Part shown: positions 26,037-39,068 of the stretch, piece by piece | How the letters are laid out: every line of letters begins with the position of its first letter | Position numbering within the stretch: position 1 is the first letter of the stretch | Assembly: GCA_017417585.1 (NCBI GenBank) | Contig: JAFPYX010000036.1 | Span: forward strand, 10,948 to 74,947 | DNA: 64,000 bases | Direction: 5' to 3' | Source: Victivallales bacterium | GTDB taxonomy: Bacteria > Verrucomicrobiota > Lentisphaeria > Oligosphaerales > Oligosphaeraceae | Position numbers and translations under genes: made by a program | The notes under the pieces: model-generated | The model's database searches: none | What the model was told of the DNA's origin: nothing | The model's input: only the letters and a program-made list of their open reading frames with translations

Positions 26037-27578
26037 ATGTCGTTCAGCTACCCAACTGAGTCGTTGCGTGAATTCGACCGCCGGATGGACGCGAGCGGAA
26101 AATGCGGCGTTGAGCAGCTCATGCGCCTGGCTGGAGCCGCCGTGGCGGAGGCCGTGGAGAGCCTCCGTTCCCAGCGGGAAGGCGACAAATGCACGGTCGT
26201 GCTGGTCGGCAAAGGCAACAACGGCGGCGATGCCCTGGTGGCGGCTTCCATGCTGCACAATGCAGGCTGGGCGGTTCAGCTGGTGCTGGCCGTTCCACCC
26301 GAAGAACTCGCCCCCCTGCCCCGGCGGATTTGGGAGGAGCTTCCGGAGACGCTTCGTGCGCATGTCCGGACCGGACTGCCCGAAAACGCCCTCCAGTCCT
26401 CCTCGCTTTCCCGCGCGATGATTCTGGATGGCCTGCTGGGGACTGGTTTTGACGGGGGGCGTCCACGTGAGGCTCTCGCCTCCCTGATTGAAGCGGCCAA
26501 TGCCTCCGGCCTCCCCATCCTGAGCATCGACCTGCCCTCCGGTCTCAACGGCGATACGGGCAAGGCCGAACTCTGCATCCAGGCGACTGCCACCGTCTGC
26601 CTTTGCGCAGTCAAGACCGGCCTGCTGCACAACCAGGGCGTTGCGGCTTCCGGACGGCTCATCCTTGCGCCACTGCCGGGTGATGCGCTGCATGAAAAAC
26701 TGCCCCGCGGCCCTGAGGTCTTCGATGAAACGGATGCCAGGAAAATACTTCCGCGCATTTCCTTCGACGCCCACAAATTCCAGCGCGGAATGGTGACGGT
26801 GCTGGGAGGTTCACGTCAATATGGCGGAGCGCCTATCCTGGCCGGAAGCGCCGCGCTCCACGTCGGCGCCGGTCTGGTGCAGGTCGTGCTTCCGGGACGC
26901 TGCGAGACATTCTGCCAAGCGCCGCAGGCGCTCATCGTTCGCCGTCTGCCCGATACGGGGGCGGACGTTCTGGACGCGGCAATCTTGCCGTCCCTCCATG
27001 GGCTCCTCGCCCGCAGCAACGCCCTGGCAGTCGGCCCCGGAATGACGCATTCCCCCGCGCTCCTTCCCGTGCTTGCGGAGCTTCTCGGCCTAGATAAGCC
27101 GATGGTCCTGGATGCCGATGCGCTGAATCTCCTGGCCACTTGCCCTGCCCTGCTGGCGCATGACCGCCCCGCCCCGACGATTCTCACGCCACACGCCGGC
27201 GAATTCGCTCGCCTCCAGAAAGCGTTTGGCATTTCACCCGACTGCGACCGGGCGAAGGATGCACTCACGCTGGCGGAACGCACCGGCTGCGTGGTCGTCC
27301 TTAAAGGTGCCCGCACTGTCGTCGCCTCTCCGGGCGGCTCGTTCTCCTACAATCTCAGCGGCTGCGCCGCATTGGCCACGGCCGGAAGCGGCGATGTCCT
27401 CACGGGAGTAATCTCAGCCCTTCTGGCCAACGGCCTGAAGGCAGAGGATGCCGCCCGGCTCGGCGTCTGGCTCCATGGTGCGGCGGCCGAGCGCGCCACA
27501 CGCCCCGGCGCCCCCGTCGGACTCATTGCCGACGAACTTCCGCTTTTTATTCGTCAGACTTTGGCAGAAATGTACTGA
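26037..27578 (+). CDS. nnr: Bifunctional NAD(P)H-hydrate epimerase / ADP-dependent dehydratase
   Basis: N-terminal YjeF-N domain (GKGNNGGDALV) and C-terminal carbohydrate-kinase domain (HKFQRGMV, VLKGARTVV, GSGDVLTG). Confidence 0.9.
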   Translation: MSFSYPTESLREFDRRMDASGKCGVEQLMRLAGAAVAEAVESLRSQREGDKCTVVLVGKGNNGGDALVAASMLHNAGWAVQLVLAVPPEELAPLPRRIWEELPETLRAHVRTGLPENALQSSSLSRAMILDGLLGTGFDGGRPREALASLIEAANASGLPILSIDLPSGLNGDTGKAELCIQATATVCLCAVKTGLLHNQGVAASGRLILAPLPGDALHEKLPRGPEVFDETDARKILPRISFDAHKFQRGMVTVLGGSRQYGGAPILAGSAALHVGAGLVQVVLPGRCETFCQAPQALIVRRLPDTGADVLDAAILPSLHGLLARSNALAVGPGMTHSPALLPVLAELLGLDKPMVLDADALNLLATCPALLAHDRPAPTILTPHAGEFARLQKAFGISPDCDRAKDALTLAERTGCVVVLKGARTVVASPGGSFSYNLSGCAALATAGSGDVLTGVISALLANGLKAEDAARLGVWLHGAAAERATRPGAPVGLIADELPLFIRQTLAEMY

Positions 27579-27650
27579 GAGGCACGCTATATTAAGGCAA
27601 AGTCATTCTTTGAACCTAACCTTCATATCACCCATTAGGAAACACCAAAC

Positions 27651-28061
27651 ATGAAGCACTTTGCCGTTCTGACGCTCCTCGCTTCCCTGCTTTTCACCGC
27701 CAGCTGCATCACCCAGGTAGTGGCGCCGTCCAGCTCGCCCGTCGCCGTAACCAACCAGCACTATGGACTGATGGGAACCATGACCGCCGATCTTAACTGC
27801 AGCGCCTTCGAAGCCGACAAGGCCGTCCGCGCCGCCGCTGAAGCAATGAAGATTCTGGAGCTACATCGCACCAACGACCAATTCGGCGTGGTGTACGAAT
27901 ACAAGGATCTTTATGAGAACCGGGTGACCATCAAGCTGACCAGCGAGCCGACCGGCATTTGCAAGATCGCCATCAAGCTCGGCAAGACCGGTGACAAGAA
28001 GTTCTCCGAGAACTTCCTGGCTGCACTTGAGCAGGCGCTTCACGGCACCCCAGCGGAATAA
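27651..28061 (+). CDS. Small hypothetical lipoprotein
   Basis: MKHFAVLTLLASLLFTASC signal/lipobox. 136 aa. A terminator lies downstream. Confidence 0.6.
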   Translation: MKHFAVLTLLASLLFTASCITQVVAPSSSPVAVTNQHYGLMGTMTADLNCSAFEADKAVRAAAEAMKILELHRTNDQFGVVYEYKDLYENRVTIKLTSEPTGICKIAIKLGKTGDKKFSENFLAALEQALHGTPAE

Positions 28062-28091
28062 ACCTCCCCTAACCCGATATCTTGCTTGACA

Positions 28092-28130
28092 AGCGCCCCG
28101 GCTGACTCACCGCCGGGGCGCTGTTTTGTT
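28092..28130 (+). terminator. Rho-independent terminator
   Basis: 11-bp stem agcgccccggc / gccggggcgct followed by gttttgttgtt. Confidence 0.7.
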
Positions 28131-28606
28131 GTTGGGAATTGTGTTTTAACTTGCCTTGTTTGCTTGGATAAATGGGACGATTGGGAGCCGGAGGACGCTT
28201 GGAACGGTGGTTTGCATTGCCTTGTCCGTCTATCTCATCTGTCCCAGAAATCCTCCAGAGACCAGGAAAGTTAAAGATATAAATCCCCTCTAAAAAAACG
28301 TTTTCGCTTTCATCCCTTTCCCCGTCCTCCACTGCCCTAAATCATATTTCCCAAAATCGCACGGGACAAACTCGCTTCAGGGGCCCTCAGGCTTCCGCCA
28401 CGGTCTCTGACCGGCGGAAGCCATCCTTCTTGAACTGGGGCAAGCGCCTTCCACACCGCCTTCCCGCCGCACTTGAAACAGAACTTCTGCTCTTCGCGGC
28501 AGTTCCGACGTGATCGAGGCGCTGTTCAACGAACTGCTGGACTGATGTGGGAACGTAATGAAGGAAGGGTGTGTTGTCAGCAGGGGTGACGCCAGCACAT
28601 CAACAC

Positions 28607-29761
28607 CTACGAAAGTACGGCAAAATATGCCTCTGCAATTCTCGCGAGGAGCTGCTTGCCCAGACCGCCGGAGTGAGTTGCGTCACGGTTGTAGAATTCA
28701 AACGGCTTGCCGGAGGCGAAAAGCCATTTGTAGGCGGGCGTGGTCATGTCCCACAATGGCCAGCCATGATTGGAACATATATCATATAACTTATTGTATT
28801 CAAGAAAATTATATCCATTTCTACAACACTCCGCACGCTCCAGAGAAAACTCCATCGGCGCACACGGCGTGCCAGACGGAGTTCCTTCGGGCAACCGAAA
28901 GTCCTGCGCCAACGCGGGAGTCATCACAACGACCTCGGCACCGAGTTCCTCCGCGATGCGACGCCCCGTCTCCTCAATGCCCGTCACGCCATTCCACGGC
29001 GACTGCGGATGGTTCCAATGGGAGATTCCACCGATGAACACGCAGTCGGGACGATACGGCGATACATATTCGGCAAAATGCTCCGGTTCAGCATAATACC
29101 AACATCCCGTTCCACCCCGAACCGACACCAGCCACTCCATCGCCAAGTTGGGGAAATGCCGCTTCAGCAACGCATGGAACTGCGAGTGGTAGGTGTCCTG
29201 CATGATAGAGTCCCCCAGCATCAGCACCCGCCACGGACGGCCCTCTCGCAGCGCCTTCTGCGTGCGCGGTGCCAGCTCTAGCGGATTGCCCACAGGATGG
29301 AACTCCAGTGGCGGCAGTTGGGCGTAAACACGGTCGCAGTATTCGGCGGCATCCTCCCAGGACGTTTCGAAGACCTCGACATCCCAGGCCTCCACGCCGC
29401 ATGTCGTCTGGAAAAAGACCTCGATGGCGGCGGTGCCGGGCGTGGCGAAGACCACGCGGTCATACTCCTGACGGTCGCCGTCAAAGAGCACATCATAGTT
29501 GTCTGCCAACCACTTGCCGGAGGCGTCATAGAAATTCACCGCCTCGAAGCTGCGTTCGGGAGTCTTCGCCGAAAAGCGCAGACGGTAGTATTGACCGCCA
29601 ACCACGGGAATCTTCGGTGCAATCAACTTCCCGCCCTTGTCCGGATAATAGCCCTCGAAGGGATTGAAGGCAACGCCGCCGGAGGCATCCGACGGCTCGA
29701 AACGCCATCCGTCACCCTTTCCGGAAATCTGCCCTGAAGTAGCAAAAATCACCTTTCCCAT
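28607..29761 (-). CDS. SGNH/GDSL-type hydrolase (esterase) with an N-terminal jelly-roll/CBM-like domain
   Basis: VLMLGDSI (GDS block I) and NRDATHSG (DxxH block V) in the C-terminal half. ATG at 29761; the ORF-track start at 29770 is TTG. Confidence 0.7.
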   Translation of the reverse strand: MGKVIFATSGQISGKGDGWRFEPSDASGGVAFNPFEGYYPDKGGKLIAPKIPVVGGQYYRLRFSAKTPERSFEAVNFYDASGKWLADNYDVLFDGDRQEYDRVVFATPGTAAIEVFFQTTCGVEAWDVEVFETSWEDAAEYCDRVYAQLPPLEFHPVGNPLELAPRTQKALREGRPWRVLMLGDSIMQDTYHSQFHALLKRHFPNLAMEWLVSVRGGTGCWYYAEPEHFAEYVSPYRPDCVFIGGISHWNHPQSPWNGVTGIEETGRRIAEELGAEVVVMTPALAQDFRLPEGTPSGTPCAPMEFSLERAECCRNGYNFLEYNKLYDICSNHGWPLWDMTTPAYKWLFASGKPFEFYNRDATHSGGLGKQLLARIAEAYFAVLS

Positions 29762-29762
29762 C

Positions 29763-31487
29763 TCACGCAAACACCGTCGTCAGGCGGAGATTCTGCACGC
29801 CTTTGAAAACCACGCGCAGTTGCTGGATGGGCAGAGCGGGGTCGGTCTGGAAATTCTCGCCGGGAACCACGCTGAGTTCAAAGGGGGCATCGGAGGACAA
29901 TTTCATGACTATACTCATATCTCCTTTATATAGAATAACCTGTGAGTTATTTTTAACCTCAGTCCTGACCTCTGGTGCCAAGGTGAACTGCAAGGAGTAG
30001 TCGTGCGATTTCCCAGCCTCGATGGTGTCCGTGAGTTCCACGCGGTCAACTGCGCATTGGATGGAACGTGTCCACACCACATCTTTCCATTCGGGCGTGG
30101 TACTGGTCATTCGCGACTGGAAAGCATCACCCTGCCATGCACCGAATTGCATGGTGGAATGCGTGTCGAAGCCGTAGAGGCTGTAGTTGTGCGAATCCGG
30201 CGCGTTGTCCACCAGCAGGGACGAATGGCAGTCGGCCTGCTTGCATTGGCGGAAGCGCGGGTCGTCGTAGTTGCAGCAGCCCGGATCGTCCAGCAGAGCC
30301 TCTTTTCCTTTAAATAGTACCAGCGCGTTCTTTCCTCCGTGGTAGTGGGAGAATTCGCCAGTGAAGTCGGAGACATCCAGCGCGGCGTAGAAGCCCGCCG
30401 AGCGCCAGACCGCCAGTCCGCCATATTCCAGGATGGTGGTTTTCGGCAATTCCGCCACGGCAATCCCCAGCGACTCCAACAACGGATCGGGTTCCAGCGG
30501 ATAGGCATCGTTGAAGACCAAGAGCCGCCCATCGGGACGGCGATAGGAGGCCAGCACCCGCGCCGCAGCACGGAAGCGTTCTTCCGCAGTGGGTTCCATC
30601 GCCACGCCCAGGCGCTTGCCCAGTGCCAAGAGGTCGCGACCATGCCAAGTCTCGAAGGCGTGGTAGGAGGGCGAATTCTCGAAGAGCACGCCGTTGGGAT
30701 GGAAGTCGTTCAGAGCATGCCATCCACCGCGCTCGACGGCGAACTGCGCCCAGGCGCGTGTTTCCTCGTCCGCCGGAAATGCCGCGGCGGCGTGGAGCAA
30801 CCCGACCTGCCGTAGCGACTGGTGGTTACCCTCCCCGTTCGGCAGTTGCTTCTCCTGCGCGAAAATCACCCGACCATGCTCGCGAATGCCATCGTTGAGC
30901 GTCTGCGCCTCCGCCGCCGTGAACTCCGCCAAGTCCTTGATGAAGTAGTATGCGTGCAGGAAGTTGACGACGCGGGAGCCAGGCTGGAAGTCGTACCAGG
31001 TGTACTCCACGTCCGTCTCGTCCTTGCTGAACTCCTCGACGGTCTTGCGGTTGTAGTCATACTCCTTGCGGTAGTCCACCCGTTGCCAGTGCGCCAGAAT
31101 CTCCGCCTCGCCCTGCGGCGGAGGACAGGTCGCCAGAAAGTGCAGCATGGTTTCCTTGACCAGCTTCGCAAGCTCGCGGTCGCCGTCCAGCCAGGCGGCA
31201 TGCGCCATGCACGCCACCACATAGCATCGATTCAGCCAGCAGCTCTGCTCGATGGAGCGCCACCGCTCGAACCGATGAAAGTCCACGAACGGGAACTCCG
31301 CGATGGCGCTCAGGCGACCGTCCCGGATACGCCGGACAATCTCCCGGTCGTCCGTGGTCCCCAGAATCGCGCGGTTGATGAATCCTCCGCCGCCATCGAA
31401 GGTATAGAGTTCCAGATAGGAATATTTCCGCCACAACGCATCGGGAATGGCGGGACGGTACTGGTCGATGGCGATGCCGTTGTTCAT
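29763..31487 (-). CDS. Heparinase II/III-like polysaccharide lyase family protein
   Basis: ORF 29763..31568. The likely start is the ATG at 31487 (MNNGIAIDQ...). It has an alpha/alpha toroid-like N-half, an NHQS...ENSPSYHAFETW motif region, and a beta-sandwich C-half. Confidence 0.65.
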   Translation of the reverse strand: MNNGIAIDQYRPAIPDALWRKYSYLELYTFDGGGGFINRAILGTTDDREIVRRIRDGRLSAIAEFPFVDFHRFERWRSIEQSCWLNRCYVVACMAHAAWLDGDRELAKLVKETMLHFLATCPPPQGEAEILAHWQRVDYRKEYDYNRKTVEEFSKDETDVEYTWYDFQPGSRVVNFLHAYYFIKDLAEFTAAEAQTLNDGIREHGRVIFAQEKQLPNGEGNHQSLRQVGLLHAAAAFPADEETRAWAQFAVERGGWHALNDFHPNGVLFENSPSYHAFETWHGRDLLALGKRLGVAMEPTAEERFRAAARVLASYRRPDGRLLVFNDAYPLEPDPLLESLGIAVAELPKTTILEYGGLAVWRSAGFYAALDVSDFTGEFSHYHGGKNALVLFKGKEALLDDPGCCNYDDPRFRQCKQADCHSSLLVDNAPDSHNYSLYGFDTHSTMQFGAWQGDAFQSRMTSTTPEWKDVVWTRSIQCAVDRVELTDTIEAGKSHDYSLQFTLAPEVRTEVKNNSQVILYKGDMSIVMKLSSDAPFELSVVPGENFQTDPALPIQQLRVVFKGVQNLRLTTVFA

Positions 31488-31497
31488 GGGAAACGAG

Positions 31498-32907
31498 TTA
31501 CTTCTGGTCTTCGACAAAGGCCTTGTGAAGGACTTTCTGCGCACGCTGGAAATCGTTGCGGTCCACAATGAACTGCATGTTCACCTGACGCGGGGACTGC
31601 ACCACCGCCAAGGTGTTGATGTGCGCCTCGTAGAGCGCCTGAGCGGCTTTCGACAGGAAGCCCGGAATCTTCATGTTCGTGCCGATGACGCCAATCAGCG
31701 CAACGGGAATGGTGTTCACCGTGGCGGCCGGAATCCGGCGCTTGATGTCCTCCACGCAGCTCTCGATATGGAGCTTTTTGCTGGGCACGAAGTGCGTGAT
31801 GGTGTTGGCGTTGGTGGTCTTGGTGATATAGCTGATGCGGTGGTCCACCAGGCTCTTCATCAGGTTGTAGTCGTAGCCGACCTTCGAGACCATCTCGGGG
31901 TCGAAGACCTCGATGCCGATCACGTCCGAGCGGCCGCAGATCATCTCCACGCGCGGTGTCGGCGAGACGTAGTTGCAGGAGATCAGCGTGCCGGGGTTCT
32001 CCGGGTCGAAGGCGTTCTTGATGCGGATCGGAATCCCGCACTGCTCCATCTCCTTGGAGGCCTTTGAGTGAATCGCCTCCATATCCAGGTCGGAGAGCTG
32101 GTCGGCGATGTCGAAGTTGGTGTTGCCAATGATGCGAACCTTATCCGTACCAATCAGCTTTGGGTCGCCCGTGCAGAGGTGGTACTCCTTGTGGATGATG
32201 CCCTCGCGCGCCCCGGTCAGCACCGCCACCTTGCTGAAGGTAATCTCGCTGTATCCGCGGTCGAAGCGGGTCATGATGCCCTCGTCGTATTTGACATAGC
32301 CGGTCACGATCGGCATCACCTGACTGAAATCCATGCCATCGAAAGCGTTGTGGATGGCCTCCTCGAAAGTCGGGATCTTGTCGTTCTTCCAGCCGGTCAG
32401 ATCCACGAACTGCGCGTTCACGCCCTGGCGCTGCAGAATCAGCGCGGAGTTGAAGGCACTTTGCGCCTCGCCGACAGCCGACAACATCTCGCGCGTGGCC
32501 GGGAGGTAGGTCTTGTGGTCGAAGTGTCCGAAGGAACGCAAGTCCATCAGGTCGTGAAGACAGTCCTCGATGCCGTTCAGACGCGTGTTCACGAATTCGT
32601 CCGCCTTCTCCTGGTCCAGCCCGATGCTCACGAACGAGCGGTTGTACTCCAGCATCCGGGCGCGGACGGCCTCCAGCGCATCCTTCCAGGTGTCGTCATT
32701 GTGCGCAAAACGGCCATACACTCCAGGTGCCCCGTTCTTCTTGTCCTCCAAAAGCAGATTCGTAATCCCGCCGTAAGCCGAGACAATGAAAATGCGGTTG
32801 TACAACTCCGCGCCCTTCCGCTTGCCGATAATCACATTCTGCATGACCTCGCCGAAGCGGGACATCGAGGTGCCGCCAATCTTCTCGACTGTATGTTGTC
32901 TTGACAT
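31498..32907 (-). CDS. Aspartate kinase (monofunctional, long type)
   Basis: VEKIGGTSM, VSAYGGITN, SAVGEAQSA, TGDPKL, plus C-terminal ACT-like repeats. ATG at 32907; the ORF-track start at 32925 is TTG. Confidence 0.87.
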   Translation of the reverse strand: MSRQHTVEKIGGTSMSRFGEVMQNVIIGKRKGAELYNRIFIVSAYGGITNLLLEDKKNGAPGVYGRFAHNDDTWKDALEAVRARMLEYNRSFVSIGLDQEKADEFVNTRLNGIEDCLHDLMDLRSFGHFDHKTYLPATREMLSAVGEAQSAFNSALILQRQGVNAQFVDLTGWKNDKIPTFEEAIHNAFDGMDFSQVMPIVTGYVKYDEGIMTRFDRGYSEITFSKVAVLTGAREGIIHKEYHLCTGDPKLIGTDKVRIIGNTNFDIADQLSDLDMEAIHSKASKEMEQCGIPIRIKNAFDPENPGTLISCNYVSPTPRVEMICGRSDVIGIEVFDPEMVSKVGYDYNLMKSLVDHRISYITKTTNANTITHFVPSKKLHIESCVEDIKRRIPAATVNTIPVALIGVIGTNMKIPGFLSKAAQALYEAHINTLAVVQSPRQVNMQFIVDRNDFQRAQKVLHKAFVEDQK

Positions 32908-33011
32908 AGCTGCCTGATAAAACAAATGGTTGAAAAAAGACAGATGTTATAATTTAATCCCTGAAACGAAAACCGCAGGGAGAATCAATGGTCGTTCCAG
33001 CAGCTCTAAAC

Positions 33012-36239
<3,228 letters not shown>

Positions 36240-36253
36240 TCAGGGAAGGAAAC

Positions 36254-36850
36254 TTAGATGTCATAGGCACGGGGACGGGAGAGGACCTCGCGCAGCACCA
36301 GTGCGGAGCGCAATGCGGTGCGGCCGCGCTTCAGCTTCAGCTTCGGCAGCGCGGCATTGCCTACACGGGCACGGCGTATGGCGACCGTCGCGCCGGCCTT
36401 GACCGTCGCGCCGGGCGGCGGCGGAGCGACGGTGCCCTCCGGCATCTCCGTGCCAATGTGCTCCGCAGAATGCTCCACAGACGGCGCGGTTTCGGTGACC
36501 AAACTGGAATGGTACGGTTCGCCCATCGGTGTGACATGGCTCTCGCCCTCGATGGAATCGAAGTCTTCGCCATCATCCACGGCAACCACCTCGGCCACCG
36601 GGTCCTTCTGCCTCTGAAGGCCCATCACTACATCCATGCCATTGGCACGAGGATACTGCCGCGTCGGGGACGCATTCCTCCGATTTACCGGCCATCGTGG
36701 ACGCGGGACACCGCCCCCCCCCCTTTGCGCGTCGCTCCTGCGGTTGTTCGCCTTCACGACATTCGAGACAATGACCACCACGACAATGATGAAGAAAATC
36801 AACATCCCGAAGGGGTCGGAGGCCGCAAAGATGAGTCCTGCCCCAGGCAT
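36254..36850 (-). CDS. Hypothetical membrane-anchored, low-complexity protein translationally coupled to floA
   Basis: Its ATG (36850-36848) shares a base with the floA TGA (TGATG). It has one N-terminal transmembrane segment (MLIFFIIVVVVIVSNVV), then a Gly/Pro/Arg-rich and acidic disordered region. No family recognised. Confidence 0.5.
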   Translation of the reverse strand: MPGAGLIFAASDPFGMLIFFIIVVVVIVSNVVKANNRRSDAQRGGGGVPRPRWPVNRRNASPTRQYPRANGMDVVMGLQRQKDPVAEVVAVDDGEDFDSIEGESHVTPMGEPYHSSLVTETAPSVEHSAEHIGTEMPEGTVAPPPPGATVKAGATVAIRRARVGNAALPKLKLKRGRTALRSALVLREVLSRPRAYDI

Positions 36851-37845
36851 CACTTTTCCTCTTCGCCCAAGATGTTGCGACGCATTTCCGTATCGGACTT
36901 GAGGTTCTCCATGCGGTAGTAGTCCAGCACGCCGAGATTGCCGCTCTTGAGCGCCTCGGCCATCGCCAGCGGGACCTCGGCCTCCGCCGCCACGACCTTC
37001 GCCTGCATTTCCTGAACCTGGGCGCGCATCTCCTGCTCGGCAGCCACAGCCGCCGCACGGCGCACCTCGGCCTTCGCCTGCGCGACACGCTTGTCCGCCT
37101 CGGCCTGGTCTGCCTGAAGGCGTGCGCCGATGTTGTCGCCCACATCCACGTCCGCGATGTCGATGGAGAGAATCTCAAAGGCGGTTCCGGCGTCGAGGCC
37201 CTTCTCCAGCACGCGCTGGGAGATGTTGTCGGGGTTCTCAAGCACGGTGGTATAAGAGGGCGAGGAGCCGATAGTGGTCACGATGCCCTCGCCAACGCGG
37301 GCGATGATGGTTTCCTCGGTGGCGCCGCCGACCAGGCGGTCCATGTTGGTGCGAACAGTCACGCGGGCGCGAGCCTTGACTTGGATACCGTCCTTGGCAA
37401 CAGCATCCACGGTGAGGCGCCCCTTGGAGGGGTCGGGGCAGTCGATGACCTTCGGGTTCACGCTGGTCTGAACCGCCTGATAGACGTCGCGGCCGGCCAG
37501 GTCGATGGCGGCGGCGCGGCGGAAATCCAGCGGGATGTTTGCCTTGTCGGCGGCGACCAGGGCATTGACCACCTTGTCGATGTGGCCATGCGCCATGTAG
37601 TGCCCTTCCAGGTCGTCGGTGGAGACATTGGTGATGCCAGCCTTACGCAGCTGGATGTAGTGGCGTACAATCAGCCCGGAAGGGATTTTGCGCAACGACA
37701 TCCCAATGAGCTTCAGGAAGGAAATGTGCGCGCCAGACGCATACGCCTGGATCCAGGTGCTGAAGTAACTGATGATGACAATCACCGCCACGAAGGCGAT
37801 AATCACGGCGACAACGCCAAGAAATGCAGTAAGTGCAGAAGGCAT
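36850..37845 (-). CDS. floA: Flotillin-like protein FloA (UPF0365/YqfA, SPFH superfamily)
   Basis: N-terminal hairpin transmembrane segment, [29 protein letters not shown] core, and a C-terminal EA-rich coiled coil ([13 protein letters not shown]). Confidence 0.85.
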   Translation of the reverse strand: MPSALTAFLGVVAVIIAFVAVIVIISYFSTWIQAYASGAHISFLKLIGMSLRKIPSGLIVRHYIQLRKAGITNVSTDDLEGHYMAHGHIDKVVNALVAADKANIPLDFRRAAAIDLAGRDVYQAVQTSVNPKVIDCPDPSKGRLTVDAVAKDGIQVKARARVTVRTNMDRLVGGATEETIIARVGEGIVTTIGSSPSYTTVLENPDNISQRVLEKGLDAGTAFEILSIDIADVDVGDNIGARLQADQAEADKRVAQAKAEVRRAAAVAAEQEMRAQVQEMQAKVVAAEAEVPLAMAEALKSGNLGVLDYYRMENLKSDTEMRRNILGEEEK

Positions 37846-38052
37846 GGTAGTTCCCTTTTTAAGATGAGAGGTGAAAGGTGAGAGGAAAGAGGGAAGAGAT
37901 GGAGATCAGATATGGCAAAATGCCCAAAACGGGCGCGAAAATGGAAGGAATTTAAGAGACACCCCACTAGGCCCTATCCTATTCATCCCTTGTTATCGCG
38001 TTTATCCCATGCGTGGCCGGCGAAGGAAAGCTAGAATGTGAAATGGATGCGA

Positions 38053-38982
38053 TTATTCGTCGTATCCGCAGATGGTACGGAGCTGGCTCAGGGCATTGGT
38101 GCGACCAAGTTTTACAAGTTGTTCATTATTAACAAGTTGCAAATCATTCAGGTAATCCATGCATTGGGCGATGGGGGCACTGGCGCCAATCAGGCAATTC
38201 TTGGAGGGATTCCAGAACCTTCCGGAAGGCTCCAGCACGCCGTCGTTGCCGGCGAGGAAGTATTTCCCTGGCGGCAGTCCGGCGACGCTAGCGGCGTCGC
38301 TAGTCACGATGACGCGGTCCACGCCCTTGGTGCGGATGAAGGTCTTGATCAGTTCGGGTGGGAGATGCTGTCCGTCAGTGATGATCATCGCGGTCAGGCG
38401 GTCTTCACCAAGTCCGCTCCAGATGGGATTGTGATGACGGTCGAGCATCCCCGGACAGCCATTGCCAAGATGGGTGAGATTCAGCGCTCCGGCGTCCGCC
38501 GCTTTGCGGACATCCTCCGGCGTGGCAAGATGGTGGCCGACCGAGGGGATGACCTTCAGCCGCCGCGACTCGGCGATTGCCTCGTCCGCGCCGGGGACCT
38601 CAGCCCCCAAGGTGAGAAGGCAGAGAAATCCGCCACAGTAGTCGTGGAGTTTCCGCACCGCCTCGGCTGAGGCAGGCTGCGCCCACGCGGGGTTGTGCGC
38701 ACCGATGGCGCCTGGTGTGGGATTCAGGAATGGCCCCTCCAGGTGGAGGCCGGGAATGTGTCTCTTGAGACCGTGGCTCTCCACTGCCCGCCGGATGAGT
38801 TCACCATTACGGCGGTAAATTTCCCAAGGACTCGTAATGATGGTCGGCAAGAAGACCTCGGTACCCTGCGCAAGCGTCCATTCCGCGCAACGCAAAAACT
38901 GCTCTTCGGTCAAGGCGGCATCTGAAAAATCGACTCCCAGGCAGCCATTGACCTGCAAATCAATCCAGCCAGGATTGTTCAT
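38053..38982 (-). CDS. nagA: N-acetylglucosamine-6-phosphate deacetylase-like amidohydrolase, barrel-only short form
   Basis: GWIDLQVNGCLGVDF, HLEGPFLNP and GAH motifs, HLGNG, and a DG...G pattern. It lacks the roughly 50-aa N-terminal and the C-terminal beta-sandwich segments of canonical NagA. There is an in-frame TAA 8 codons upstream of the ATG. Confidence 0.7.
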   Translation of the reverse strand: MNNPGWIDLQVNGCLGVDFSDAALTEEQFLRCAEWTLAQGTEVFLPTIITSPWEIYRRNGELIRRAVESHGLKRHIPGLHLEGPFLNPTPGAIGAHNPAWAQPASAEAVRKLHDYCGGFLCLLTLGAEVPGADEAIAESRRLKVIPSVGHHLATPEDVRKAADAGALNLTHLGNGCPGMLDRHHNPIWSGLGEDRLTAMIITDGQHLPPELIKTFIRTKGVDRVIVTSDAASVAGLPPGKYFLAGNDGVLEPSGRFWNPSKNCLIGASAPIAQCMDYLNDLQLVNNEQLVKLGRTNALSQLRTICGYDE

Positions 38983-39068
38983 TGTAACAAAGAAAAGGAT
39001 TGCTTATTAGGATCTTCCGGATCTTCCGGACTTTCCGGAAAAGACTTCCAAGACAAGAAAAACGAATG

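Noticed and set aside
28131-28606. Possible degraded gene in the 480-nt gap between the convergent lipoprotein and SGNH genes. One minus-strand frame reads CREEQKFCFKCGGKAVWKA (zinc-ribbon-like). One plus-strand frame ends DVIEALFNELLD-stop. ORF 28377..28598(-) is also listed.
   Set aside because: Each frame is interrupted by stops within about 25-70 codons. None has a start codon with an RBS, and the listed 73-aa ORF is a third, motif-free frame. At best it is an unassignable pseudogene remnant.
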